Shown: positions 49,851-62,486 of the stretch, one piece after another
Position numbering within the stretch: the stretch's first letter is position 1
Layout: every line of letters starts with the position of its first letter
DNA from: Torpedo marmorata
Taxonomy: Eukaryota
Length of the DNA: 64,000 nt
Reading direction: 5' to 3'
Assembly: GCA_977017645.1 (NCBI GenBank)
Contig: OZ360220.1
Coordinates: forward strand, 118,916,001 to 118,980,000
The notes under the pieces: generated by a model
What the model was told of the DNA's origin: nothing
Databases searched by the model: none
What the model saw: only the letters and a program-made list of their open reading frames with translations
Made by a program: the position numbers and the translations under genes

Positions 49851-50602
49851 TGTAAGTCAGAAGATAAAATCACAAAAGCAGGACATTCTTGCTTTAAGAA
49901 GTCATTATCATGGTTTATTGCTATATTAAGAGTGTTAAAACATAACCAGTGCATTTTACAGCTAGCAGCTGCATCTTTTTCACATTGGCCTATGAGAAGT
50001 GGGTCAGGACTTTTAAATAGATCACTCCACAGCAACCTGTTCACAATAGCCTTGATCTTTACAGAGGCCTGCTGCCACCAATTCCTTTTCCAATAAAAGT
50101 TTAATTGGAGGTTACTCATCTATAACCTATGCTATAGGTTGACATCGTAGGCCGAAGGGCCTGTACTGCGTTGTGCTGTACTGTTCTGTATTCGATATTC
50201 GGTAAAAATGAGAGTTTGGGTGTTTGTGGGGAGACAATTTAATTCACATAATACTATTTTTATCTTGATGATATGTCCCACTCATTTAATTTTGAATGAA
50301 TCGTGAAGAGTATGAATCATAATTGTTAAATCCAATTACCTCCATAAAGTAATTGAAACTGGTTGATGCTATCATCGTATGTGTGAAATTCAGTGGGGAA
50401 ATAAAACTCGATTTAGGGTGAATGATAATAGGATGTGCCCAATATCATTTCCTGAGGGGCAGGATTTCAGCAGGAGATGGACACAAACATTTCAAAACAG
50501 GTAAGGCCTGCTTTTATCATGAGTGAATTATGCTTAAATTAGCAGGCATAAATCTGCCTAACTTCAAAGTATTTGAATTTTAATTTCTAATGTTACAAAG
50601 TA

Positions 50603-51295
50603 CAGTAAAACCCTTGGTATCCGGCACCTATGGCAATTGGTAGATGCCAGATAAGTGTATTTTACGGTTGCTTGATACAATGCTGAACTAATACACCTGC
50701 ATGAAGAATAAACAGTTTAAAAGACAAAAGACAAAAATACTATTCTGTACTTACACTGAACAAACTTCACTTGCATGAATATATGAAGCTTAGAGTATTT
50801 TACTTTATTTTCAGTCACATTCTTTGAAATTATTTAACCGTTGCTGCATCTGCAGGTTCCTCCTCCTCCACGGAGCTGCCCAAAAGACGAACAATAACAT
50901 TATAGATAATTAACCCCCCTCCCCTTAGTTTACAGATAAAGCCTCTGACCAGGGTGACTCTTACTAAGCACGGATAAGGAGACACTTTAAGAGAGTTACC
51001 CCAATGGCGAGTGGCATCAACCAGCTCTTCATCCTGAGCGAATCCATTGCTGTTTTACAAAACTTTATTCAAACAGCTGCTACAAGCAAAGCACGACCAA
51101 GACACTCCGCTGGCTGAATATTTGCTCCCATCTTCACCAAAGGTTTATGTATTATTTCGGAGAACATTTACTTTTACAATTTTAAACTGACTTATTTTGT
51201 ACCTATTATTTTATTCTTATTTCTTTTAATTTTTAAATTTATTTGCCTCGATATTTTTCCAATTGCTTGAATTCTGGATAATAGGTGTTTTACTG
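50603..51295. mobile_element. Tigger/pogo-like non-autonomous element (long form)
   Basis: Same TIRs and TA flanks as 16743-16962. Confidence 0.82.
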
Positions 51296-52302
51296 TATTG
51301 GCCTGTTCAGGATGATAGAGAGATTGTCATCCTGAACAAGTGGAGGTGGACAGGAAATGAGTTCACCTGCACTGGCATGCAAATCCTGAGACAGCTCCTG
51401 CTGACTGTCAAATCTCAGGCTTTCATTTTTCCGATTTTGTACCACTCGTTCAGCAATATGACTTGCTTCTTAGAAATCTGTCACCATGGAGAGTTACCGG
51501 TAAATCTTGCACCAGATCTTGAGTACATTTTTTCACAACTCATCCTGTGGATATTGCCATGACTCGCAAAACCAACATTTAGAACATAGAACAGTACAGC
51601 CCAGAACAGGCCTTTCAGCCCACGATGCTATGCCAACCTGTGTAAACCAACTCCACAACAACCTAATCCTTCCCAACCACACACCCATAAACCTCTATTT
51701 TTCTTACATTCTTGTACCTATCAAAAAGTCTTTAAAATATCCCTGTTGCAACAGCCTCTACTACACCCCCAGCAATGCATTCCAGACATCCACCACTCTT
51801 TTTGTAAAAAATAAACTTACCTCTTACAAAAAAAATTTGAAGGAAATTGAGAACAAATCCCGGTTCGCATTGCATTTCTATATTATAATCTGCATGAAAG
51901 ACCTTACAGGAGGGAACTTGCGGATGTATCATTAAGATGATAATTGGTTTTTCCTACATGTAGTTCCAAAAAAATGACATTGCCTTGGTTACCTGCCATG
52001 GCTACTCGGTGAGTTGTTCAGCTTTAGACACTGATTATGCTGACAAGTTAATTGTGCACATCACAAGGCAACATCAGCATCATGGCAGCGATGGTCTTTT
52101 GTGGAAAGATGAAGTTGAAAATAAGGACATGCTCTATAAATTTTAGAAGGTCTGTCCATTACTGAAAGTCACAAATGTCCATTTTAAAAGAGATTTGAAT
52201 TGAAGTTACAACAATAGAATGTCCTTGAAATTTGTTTACAGTAGCTATTCTGTCCATCAAAAGAAAGTTAAATTGTGGGCAATTTAATTTGGACACAAAT
52301 GT

Positions 52303-52481
52303 TTAAATTTAGACATACAGCACAGGAACAGGCCCATTCCGGCTCATGAGCCCATGCCCCCCAAATACACCAATTAACCTACAAACCCCGTACGTTTTTG
52401 AAGGGTGGGAGGAAACCGGAGCACCCAAAGGAAAGCCACGCAGACATGGGGAGAATGTACAAACTCCTTACAGACAGCACC
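52303..52481 (-). mobile_element. V-SINE-like element, head-truncated
   Basis: Same family as 48452-48693. Confidence 0.8.
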
Positions 52482-52502
52482 TTCTCTGAACGCTCTGCCA
52501 AA

Positions 52503-52607
52503 ATACCTTATTGAAGGGCTCAAGCCCAAAAACGTTGGTTATGTATCTTTATCTAATATGAAGTACACTGTTTGACCTGCTGAGTTTCTCCAGCATTGTG
52601 TTTTTAC
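52503..52607 (+). mobile_element. Penelope terminal repeat fragment
   Basis: gaagggctcaagcccaaaaacgttggttatgtatc...gacctgctgagtttctccagca. Confidence 0.78.
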
Positions 52608-52959
52608 TATGGAGTAACCCTTTGTGTCAATGATGGCATCAGAGGTGAGTAAAAATACATTTGCTGCATTTGAACAGTAATCACACAACTGAAGTAATTC
52701 ATTAACGATAAAGTGCTTTTGAAAGGTCTGGGATTTTGAAAGGTGTTGGAGACATAGAATCATTGTGATAGAGAACAGTTACATTGGTATGTTAAGTTCA
52801 TGCAAGTTTATTGTAGAGCAATAGTCCATCCTATTCCCTCACGCTGTCAGTGTAGCCCTGTAGGTTTATTTTCATTATGTGTTAATCCAATATTTTTGTT
52901 CCTGCTGCCACCACTTCCAGACAGAGCAGGTTCCAAGATATTACCACTCTATCAATGTA

Positions 52960-53178
52960 CAGTAAATCCCCTATTATCCGGAATTCAAGCAACTGGTAGC
53001 CTCAAGCAACTTGCAAAAAAGTCACGGAAAATAAATAGGTAAAAAATACGTAAGTTTAAAATTGGTGCGACTCACCGTTAGTTTGCCAATCACACAACTG
53101 CAATCTCAAGCAACTGGAAACTACACTTATTTAGCATCCACCGATCACCATAGGTGCCGCATACCAGGGGTTTTATTG
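52960..53178. mobile_element. Tigger/pogo-like MITE (inverted relative to the 16743 copy)
   Basis: ta-cagtaaatccc...ggggttttattg-ta; internal sequence is the reverse complement of 16743-16962. Confidence 0.8.
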
Positions 53179-53631
53179 TATAAAGTTCTTCCTCATAAAC
53201 CCCTCAGAACATGAAATTCTGTTCCATAATCCTTATCACATTTGATGATGGGAGAAGTTTTTCTTTGGTTACCTTGTTCATCTCAACCAAATCTCCACTG
53301 AGCCACCTTTATTCAAAGGAAAACGACTGCAGCTTGTCCAAACTAACCTTGCAGCTAAACACCCTCATCCCTGGAACCATTCTGTTCAATCACATCACCT
53401 TTTTTCCCTCAATTTTCTCACATAATCGGAGGTCATTTTGGCCCTTCAAGGCTGGCAATCTCATGCACTCTATTGCTGAACTTTTTTTTCCCTGTAACTC
53501 TCTCTTTGAAAGTGTGATGAAAAGAAGTGGATACAGTGCCCCAGCTATGGCCTAAGCAGCGATTTCTGAAGGCGCAACTTGTACTCAATATCTCAATCAA
53601 TGAAGGCTACGATACCCATATGATTTGCCAT

Positions 53632-54045
53632 ATAAGAACATAAGAACATAAGAAATTAGGAACAGGAGTAGGCCAACCGGCCCATCGAGCCTGCTCCGCC
53701 ATTCAATAAGATCATGGCTGATCTGATCAATGACCTAACTCCACCTACCTGCCCTTTCCCCATATCCCCTAATTCCATTTTTATGTAAAAATCTATCCAA
53801 CTGAACCTTAAATATGTTCAATGAAGCAGCTTCAACCACTTCCCTGGGTAGAGAATTCCACAAATTCACCACTCTCTGGGAAAAACTGTTTTTCATCATC
53901 TCTGTCCTCAATCCACTCCTCAGAATCTTGAGGCTGTGTCCCCTAGTTTTGGTCTCACCTGCCAGTGAAAAAAACCTTCCTACCTCTATCCTATCCATCC
54001 CCTTCATAATTCTATATGTTTCTATAAGATCTCCTCTCATTCTTC
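53632..54045 (-). mobile_element. CR1 LINE 3' end
   Basis: ORF 53735-54040 RGDLIETYRIMKG...FSQRVVNLWNSLP; (ataagaac)n tail on the + strand. Confidence 0.88.
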
Positions 54046-55635
54046 CTCATATGTCCTAACAAAGAACTATCTCAAGCTTAATCTGATCATGCAAGCTTTT
54101 AAACACATCCTCATATGAAAAATCAAATTATCTTCTATCATCACTTATACCCAAATAAAGAAACACATATAATTCACTCAGATTGGTAAATCTGTAACTG
54201 GTTGTTCAAATTTTTTTTACCATTACTTCCATCACTTTTTTCTCTTGATTCTATTGCTTCAATCATCTCGACCACAGGCATTGCTCCAGGAGTTTATTGG
54301 GGCAATGTAATAAATCTAACAATCATTCCTCCAAGAAAAAATAGTGAGGATATTTATTAAGAATTGCACTGCGTTCAGTTCTGTTTGCAAGTCCTTCCAT
54401 AAAGAAAGAGTTCATGCCTACGGGAATCAAGCCCCTAATAACATTCAGGCTCAGCACATGCAGTATTGCATTTGTGCAACGCAATGGCCAGGCAATAACC
54501 TTCTTCAGCAAGAGAGGTTTTAACTATATCCCTTGATAGTCAATGGCAACACTGCTGCAAGATTCCCTTATCATTAGCAACCTAAGGGTCACTGTGCGAG
54601 TCACATCAAAATTGTGATCTCGAAGTTGGGTCAGAAGCTGAGTATCTCGGGATGAGTGCGACACAAACCTTTCCACAGTCAACAAGCTGCAGGTCAGAAG
54701 TATATTTTTGTTGACCCTCTGTTTCGCAGATGATTGCAACTCCAAATTCAAACAGTGCACACTGGGCAAAATAACCCACTTGACTGGCATAACATACACC
54801 CTTTATATATTCACTGCTTCCACAAACAGCACATCACGGCTTCAGTGTGAAGCATCCAGAAAATGTATTTCAACGTCTTGCCAAGACTTCTTTGACTGCA
54901 CCACAGAGTGGTAGATGCCTGCCAGTGGTGATGGAAACAGGTATGAGAGCGACATTGAAGAAGCATTTAGACAGAGACGTAAACAGACAGGATATGGAGG
55001 AATATGGACCATGTGCAAGCAGGTGGAATTAGTTCAGATTGGCATCATGGTCAGTGCAGACATGGTGGGCCAAAGGCGAACTGTTCCATGTTCTCTGTCC
55101 TATCAGTTAATGAGCTAAATGCAGAACCATCAGGATTTCCCAATAAACAGAAGGCAAATTATTGGATTTTTACACCACCACCTAGAAGGGCAACAGGCAT
55201 ATGGGCAAGCCACTGCTGCCATCTCTCAAGGGCACACATTATATCAGCCCATCATCATTGAGTCTAAAGCCTAAAACTCCCTGTCTCACAGTAATTACTT
55301 CACCTGCTAGCCAATAGCAGTTCAAGAAGGAAGATAACTCCACACTTAATTATACTAACATTGTTGTTCTTGTGTTTTATGTTTCTGGGAAGCTGCATCA
55401 AGTAAGAATTTCATTGCATCTGTATATTGTACATGACATTAAATTTTTCATTCATTCAATACTGGGGTAGTCTGCGACTGAGTGAGGAGTCAGTAGGATA
55501 TCTGAGATTAATGACCTTGAACCAAACCACACCCCCCCCTTGCACACCATGTTATCTTCATCCGATAATCTCTTCTTCCCAATAACACCCAAACAGTCCT
55601 ATCTGATCTGAATTTTCAATATGACCAGAATTTAA

Positions 55636-55880
55636 AATTTAATTTAGACATACAGCATGGTAACAGGCCCTTTTGGCCCACGAGCCCATGCCGCCCAATT
55701 ACTCCCAATTGACCTACATCCCCAGTACTTTTTGATTGGTGGGAGGAAACTAGAGCACGTGGAGGAAACCCACACAGGCACTGGGAGAACGTACAAGCTC
55801 CTGACAGACAGCACCGGATTTGAACCCCAGTCGCTGGCGCTATGACAGTGTTGCGCTAACAACTATGCTAAAAGTGCTGC
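55636..55880 (-). mobile_element. tRNA-derived SINE (HE1/V-SINE-like), near full-length
   Basis: B-box ggttcaaatcc; same body and tail as 48452-48693. Confidence 0.85.
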
Positions 55881-56647
55881 CAAGAAGCCTGCTATTTTTT
55901 CAATTCAGATGCATAAAGAATGGCAATCAAATGCCTCTTTGTATGCTTTACAGGACAAACAAAAATAAACACATTTTGTGTATTTGTATGCATGTCAATA
56001 AAGAAACCTTGAAAAATAAAATAACCACAGATGCAGAAAACCTGAAATAAAAAAAATTAGGTGCTTAAAATACACGGCAGGCCAGGCAGCAAATATGGAC
56101 AGTGGATAAGGTTCAGGATGTCCTGACCCATTTCTTCCCTCCAATATAGGATCTGTTGGAGAAATTGCAACCAGTGTTGGAACTGACACCACCGATGACA
56201 GAATCCGTGTCTCCATCTTCCTCATAACTTTGCAATTCTTATTCACCCATCAAACTTGCTGATATTCTGAGTTTCAAATCACCCATCCAACTTGCCGATA
56301 TTCTGAGTTTCAAGAAACCCGACTGCTTAAATGCTCATCAGTCAAACTTGAAATTGGTAAAAAATCAGAAGCACCAACCTGATTCAATTATTTAAAGGTA
56401 AAAAGCACCCCTGAGTCAGCCAGGGCTGTGGTCGATTACGTTTAGACCTGGAATTTGTTTTTTTTTCTTTTAACTTTTCATTTGATCCAAACCCAGATGT
56501 GTACAGGGAGGAACGGTCGGAAGAAGTGTGGTAATGTTGCCCTGACCCCCTCACCTCTCCCTCCAACCTCCTCAAATTTCTGCAATAAAAGATTTGGAAA
56601 GTTCCTTGAATGCAAATCTTAAAAAGTTAATCAGTGGCAGGGAAAAG

Positions 56648-59600
56648 ACGTGTGAGATGGCACCTTACAGCGGTGACTCTTTGCGTGCAGCTCTGACGGG
56701 AATAATCAAATTTTCCCATTAAGAACTTCTAAAAATCAAACAAAAAACGAGAAACATAAAATCAAACTTACCCGACAACATGGATGTATTAAGATCGCTG
56801 GCAGACCTCGGAATCGACAGAATCGGCAGTCCCCGCCGGGCCGCGGGACCTTTAAAAAGCTCACACAAGTACAACAACAACACCGCGGGAGTTTTAAACA
56901 GCCAGAGAACGGGCCATTTAAACTTCGTGGGAGTCGCAGACAGCAGGCACTCAGCACAGTTAAACATCGCAGAGGATTTAAAGGTACAGAGCACGGACCA
57001 TTTAAACACCGAGGGAACTACCGGCAGTGGACCCATGGGCCAGGTAAAGAAGACCCGACCACGTGGAGGCAAAGTGGGGCTACAGGTCAAGATGAGACGT
57101 AGGGACCTGAAGCTTCCGCTCCCTACCATCCTCCTGGCCAATGTACAATCCTTGGAGAACAAACGTGATGAACTCCAAGCCAGACTTCAACATCAGAGAG
57201 TCATCAGGGAGTGCTGCGTGATGTGCTTTACAGAAACGTGGCTAAACGCAGACATTCCTGACATGGCACTGCAGCCCAAGGGCTACACTCTCCATTGCGC
57301 TGACCGAAAACCGGCGTCTGGAAAAACCAGGGGAGGCGGCATTTGTGCCATCATTAATTCATCGTGGTGCACAGACGTGACGGTCATGTCCCAGTCCTGC
57401 TCTCCCGACCTGGAACATCTGGCGATCAAGTGTCGCCCATTCTACCTGCCGAGGGAGTTCACCGCCATCATCCTGGTCACAGTGTACATTCCGCCTCAGG
57501 CCAACGTCAGGCTGGCACTGGAGGGACTGACCACTGTGATAAACAGCCATGAGATAGCACATCGTGATGCCTTCCCGATCTTTGTGGGAGACTTCAATCA
57601 GGCCAATCTGAAGAAGTCACTGACAAACTACCACCAACACGACACATGTGAGACCAGGGGAACCAACACACTCGACCACTGCTACACCATCATGAAGAAC
57701 GCATACCGAACCATACCACGACCGCACTTCGGCAAGTTTGATCACCTGGCTGTACTTCTATTCCCGGCGTACAAGCAGAGATTGAAGACCACAGCACCAG
57801 TGATGAGGACGGCGAAAGTATGGTCGAGGGAGGCGGAGGAGCATCTGCAGGACTGCTTTGAATCGGTGGACTGGAACATATTCAAGAACTCATCCAAAGA
57901 CCTGAATGAATATGCCACCGGTGTCACCGACTTCATCAAGACTTGCGTGGATGAGTGTGTGCCCACGTGCAAATACCGGGTGTTCTCCAACCATAAGCCC
58001 TGGATGAATCAAAGAATTCGCAACCTGCTGAGGACGAGAACAAGGGCGTTTAAGGCCGGGGACCGGGATCTTTACAAGAAGTCCAGGCACGACCTGCGGA
58101 AGGCCATCTCTGAAGCAACGTGGCAATTCTGGAGGAAGCTAGAGACAGAGACAGATACACGCCAGCTATGGCAGGGAGTTCAGGCCATTACAGCCTACAA
58201 AGCGAGGGCGAACACTATAGATGGCTGTGATGCTTCACTACCTGATGAGCTGAACACCTTCTATGGCCGCTTTGAGAAGAAGAACCAAACAGTGCCTACT
58301 AGAAACCCTGAAAAGGCTGAGGACCCTGTGATATCTGTCTCTGAGGGTGAAGTCAGAACATCATTCAAGAGGGTGAACCCTCGCAAGGCATCAGGCCCTG
58401 ACGGCGTACCTGGCAGGATACTGAAAATCTGCGCCAACCAACTAGCCAGCGTGTTCACGGACATTTTCAACCTCTCATTGTGGCAGTCAGAGGTTCCCAC
58501 CTTCTTCAAAAGGGCTTCAATCATCAATCAAGAAGAGTAGTGTGAGCTTCCTCAATGACTACCGCCCAATAGCACTAACGTCTACTGTAATGAAATGCTT
58601 TGAGAGGCTGGTCATTGCCAGAATTAACACATACCTAAGCAAAAATCTGGACCCACTGCAATTCGCCTATCATCACAATCGCTCCACAGCAGATGCAATA
58701 TCGCTGGCTCTCCACTCAGCTCTGGATCACCTCGAAAACAGCAATTCATACATACGGCTGCTCTTCATCGACTACAGCTTGGCCTTCAATACCATTATTC
58801 CCTCAGTGCTGTCAAGAAGCTATAAACTCTAGGCCTCTGTACCCCACTCTGCAACTAGATCCTTGACTTTCTCATCGGAAGACCACAGTCAGTATGAATT
58901 GGAAACAACGTCTCGTCCTCACTGATTATCAACACAGGCGCACCCCAAGGATGCGTGCATAGCCCACTGCTCCAATCGTTATACACCCATGACTGTGTGG
59001 CCAGGCACAATTCCAATGCCGTTCGGACGCTTGCCGGCATTTTCTCATACTTTGATGAAGGGCTCAATCCTGAAACGTCGGTTATGTATTTCTACCTTTG
59101 CTACATAAAAGACACTGTTTGACCTGCTGAGTTCTCCAGCTTTTGTGTTTTTTACAATTCCAATGCCATCAATACGTTTGCCACTGACACCACAGTTGTC
59201 GGCAGAATCGCAAACGGTAATGAGGAAGTGTACAGGAGGGAGATAGATCAACTGTTTGAATGGTGTAACGACAACAACCTTGCCCTCAACGTCAGCAAAA
59301 CCAAGGAACACGACTCAGTCCTCATCGAGGGCTCAGTAGTGGAGAGGGTCAAGAACTTCAAATTCCTGGGTGTCAACATCTCCGAGGATCTGTCATTGAG
59401 CCTCCACGTTGATGCAATCACAAAGAAGGCTCGCCAGCGGCTATACTTTGTGAGGTGTCTGAGGAGATTCGGTATGTCACCGAAGACTCTCGTAAACTTC
59501 TGCAGGTGTACCGTGGAGAGCATTCTGGTTGGTTGCATAACTGCCTGGTATGGATGTGCCAATTCTCAGGACAAGAATAAACTCCAGAGGGTTGTTAACT

Positions 59601-59979
59601 CGGCCTGTGACATCACAGGCACCAGACTTCACTCCATCGAGGACATCTACATGAGACGGTGTCTTAAAAAAACAGCCTCTGTCCTCATAGACCCCCACCA
59701 CCCAGGCCATGCCCTCTTCACTCTTCTTCCATCGGGAAAAAGGTACAGGAGCCTAAAGACGAGCACTCAACGGCACAAGGACAGCTTCTTCCCCGCTGCC
59801 ATCAGATTCCTGACTAATCAATGAACCAAAGACACTGCCTTACTTTCATGCACTATTATTTATATTTTTTATAGTAATGTCGTAAGATGGCAATAATATG
59901 AAAGTTTGCACTATGATGCTGCCGCAAAACACCGAATTTCATGACTTGTTCATGACAATAAATTTTGATTCTGATTCTG
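56648..59979 (+). mobile_element. near full-length Rex1/Babar LINE (APE endonuclease + RT)
   Basis: ORF 56780-58540 (LLANVQSLENK, FTETWL, GDFN, LDHCY, DHLAV, KASGPDG) continues in frameshifted pieces to 59824. 5' gagatggc motif; (TTCTGA)n tail. Confidence 0.95.
59021..59153 (+). mobile_element. 133-bp Penelope terminal-repeat insertion with a 14-bp TSD
   Basis: ACAATTCCAATGCC is duplicated at 59007-59020 and 59154-59167. Contains ttgatgaagggctcaatcctgaaacgtc. Confidence 0.88.
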
Positions 59980-61084
59980 AGATAAAGGCATCCACACATT
60001 CTCATTGATTGATCATATGATAAATCCCTGCAGAAAAACACAACACATTCATCCCCATTCCTCAAGGGAGCCATTTCACATTAGTTCACAATGATATTCC
60101 TTACTTTCACAGCCCAGATTATACATGGAATTTATTCAATAGTTCTTGCCATTATCTCAGAGTAGAGCTATCAAGACTGAGAAATAATACGATTTTGGTG
60201 ACATTCCTGAGCCTGGCAATGCAATCTAATACCTATGGCACACTGCACCTGAAAGTACTTCTGAGTCACATGAACTAGAGATTATTTTGCAGATTATTTT
60301 GCCCATTATTTTGTAGATTTTTAATTTTTTTAACAGTTTGAGACACTTAATGTGCTCCTGCATGTTTCTTTGTGGAATAAACATGGACAATCCTGGGATT
60401 ACTCAGCAAGTTAGGCAGTATCTGTACAGATGAAAACAGAGAAAATATTTCAGCTCAACAACTTTTCATTCTGCTAAAAGCCCTTGCCCTAAAATTATAG
60501 CTCTCTTTTTCTCTCTCTGTAGATACTGTTTGACTTGCGAAATATCCCCAGCATTTTTTCATTTCAATTACATGTTCTTGTAGATTTGAGCTTGGTGGTC
60601 ATTATTCAACTTTGAACTGAGAATGCTTGAAACAGCAGAGATGATTTCATTCTGCTAATCTTACCAAGCATGGCAATTCATGGACACTCTTACTGTGACA
60701 ACCTGTTGTTGGGGGAAAAGGGAGGTAGGTTGCAGTTGTGAAGAAGCCACAATGTCTTTTACAAGTACTTTTGCAAAGTCTTCCATTATTAGGCAGACGT
60801 TTAATTTCATTTGAAGTGCAAAGGGAAGCAAAACCTAGTATATGTAACAAAAAATCCTCAGTAACATCTGCTGAGAGACAACAAGGTTTTGAAACATTGG
60901 GCTCGAAGATTTGCCTCATTAACACTGAGCCTTAACCACATTACGCCTGCTCACCAACCCACTCTTCTCAATGGAGGTCCCGATTTCCTACAATGACATG
61001 GTCTTTTGCTCTGCGTAATGAACAGTGCATCCCACTGATGTGTTCCCATTATTTTGCAGCTTTATTGTTTTTGCAATATTTAAA

Positions 61085-61420
61085 AAGAACATGACAGCAC
61101 AATACAGGCCCTTCAGCCCACGATGTTGTGCCAAACTATGTAAACCTACTCCACAACAGTCTAACCCTTCCCTACCTCACAATCATAACCCTCTATTTTT
61201 CTTACATCCATGTGCCTATCTAAGAATCTTTTGAATGTCCCTATTGCACCAGCCTCCACCACTACCCCTGGAAACGCATTCCAGGGACCCACCGCGCTCT
61301 GTGTAAAAAACTTATCTCTGCCATCTCCCCATAACTTTCCTCCACTCACCTTAAACAGATGTCCTCTGGTATTAGCTATTGTGGACTTAGGGAAAAAGGT
61401 GCTGGCTGTCCATCCTCTCT
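61085..61420 (-). mobile_element. CR1-like LINE 3' end
   Basis: ORF 61161-61349: KFFTQSAVGPWNAFPG...FKRFLDRH. Confidence 0.82.
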
Positions 61421-62078
61421 GTGCCCACGAGTCTTGAGGAATCTTTCTTCAAATAGATAAACATAAAAGCTCAAGGAGGAATTTAGAAGTCATTTTACAG
61501 ATTAAGTTTCAGATTTAGTATGTTTTATTCGAAGCTTTTTTCGAAGCAAAGGACAAGAAGGGAAATGATTGTGCCACTTATGACGTGAGATGTCACATGC
61601 AATTAAATATTTGTATCATTAGACAGATATGAAATCAGATTTCTCCTTACACTATAATCCTGTTTTCGTTTGTTTGCTAAATAATTTGAAAAATGAGGGC
61701 ACAATATGAACCTAAGAATCTTTAAAAAAAATCACAGAACTCGAGTATAAATTTTGTAAATTTTAAACAAGCATGCATTTGGGGGAGGATGGGTGGACAT
61801 GGATGATTCACATTAGCTGTGGTTTCCTTGTTTATGAAAAAATTGAAAGGTTTATTATTCAAATGAAATTTTAAATCATGCAACCATTTGGTTATTTTGA
61901 ATAATAAACTGTGCTCCCAACTCTAATTCTGTCAATGCTAACATTAGAGCTCAAACATTTTCCTTTTTGTCGTCTTCAAAGCTTTATCATTTCATTTCTC
62001 ATTATTGAACCCCATATTGAATGCTAACAACTCCAGGATCTCTCCAATGATTTTCCCAGAATGCCTACATTTCCTCCA

Positions 62079-62331
62079 ACCTACAGCTCCAATAGCCTGA
62101 ATACGACTGGGATTGTCTGATCTCGGAAGCTAAGCAGGCACAGGACTGGTCAGTACTTGGAGGGGAGACCGCCAAGGAACACCAGGTGCTGTAGGTTTCT
62201 GTGAGGGGTGCTGGACAAAGTAGCGACCCTCTGTCTGCCTTACGGTAGACAAAAATTAAAGAATTTCATGTATGTTACATTCTAAATGTAGTATTACGTG
62301 ACAATAATGGAACCTTTACCTTTACCTTTAC
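62079..62331 (+). mobile_element. full-length 5S rRNA-derived SINE (SINE3 type)
   Basis: 118-nt 5S-like head (gtctgatctcggaagctaagcagg, tggtcagtacttgga.gggagaccgcc, gtgctgtagg) with no T4 terminator after it. About 120-nt body and (CCTTTA)3 tail. Two more copies in the window. Confidence 0.9.
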
Positions 62332-62486
62332 ACCCAAACAATGAAGTTCACTGATTGCCACTTTTACAACCTACAATCGCCATTCAAACCAATATAAGAT
62401 TAATGTCTAATTTTTGAGAGGCACAGACATGGTTTCTGTAATTCATAACCTCCTTATTGACTAATCTGATCCAACATTTCTGATGT

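Noticed and set aside
50000-50096. GLLNRSLHS... as the next ASTN2 exon (expected GLLKSPVNKTALTLIAV...)
   Set aside because: Similarity stops after three residues, the acceptor is poor, and the frame ends in a stop.
50430-50506. Possible small exon ending CAG|GTAAGG
   Set aside because: Good donor but no pyrimidine tract and no recognisable peptide.
56244-56315. 36-bp direct tandem duplication
   Set aside because: Only two units with no further structure; an ordinary slippage duplication.
56780-58540. 586-aa ORF as a host gene
   Set aside because: It is the endonuclease and start of RT of a Rex1/Babar LINE, frameshifted downstream.
62079-62198. Functional 5S rRNA gene
   Set aside because: No T4+ terminator, fused to a LINE-like tail, and dispersed truncated copies exist; this is a SINE.
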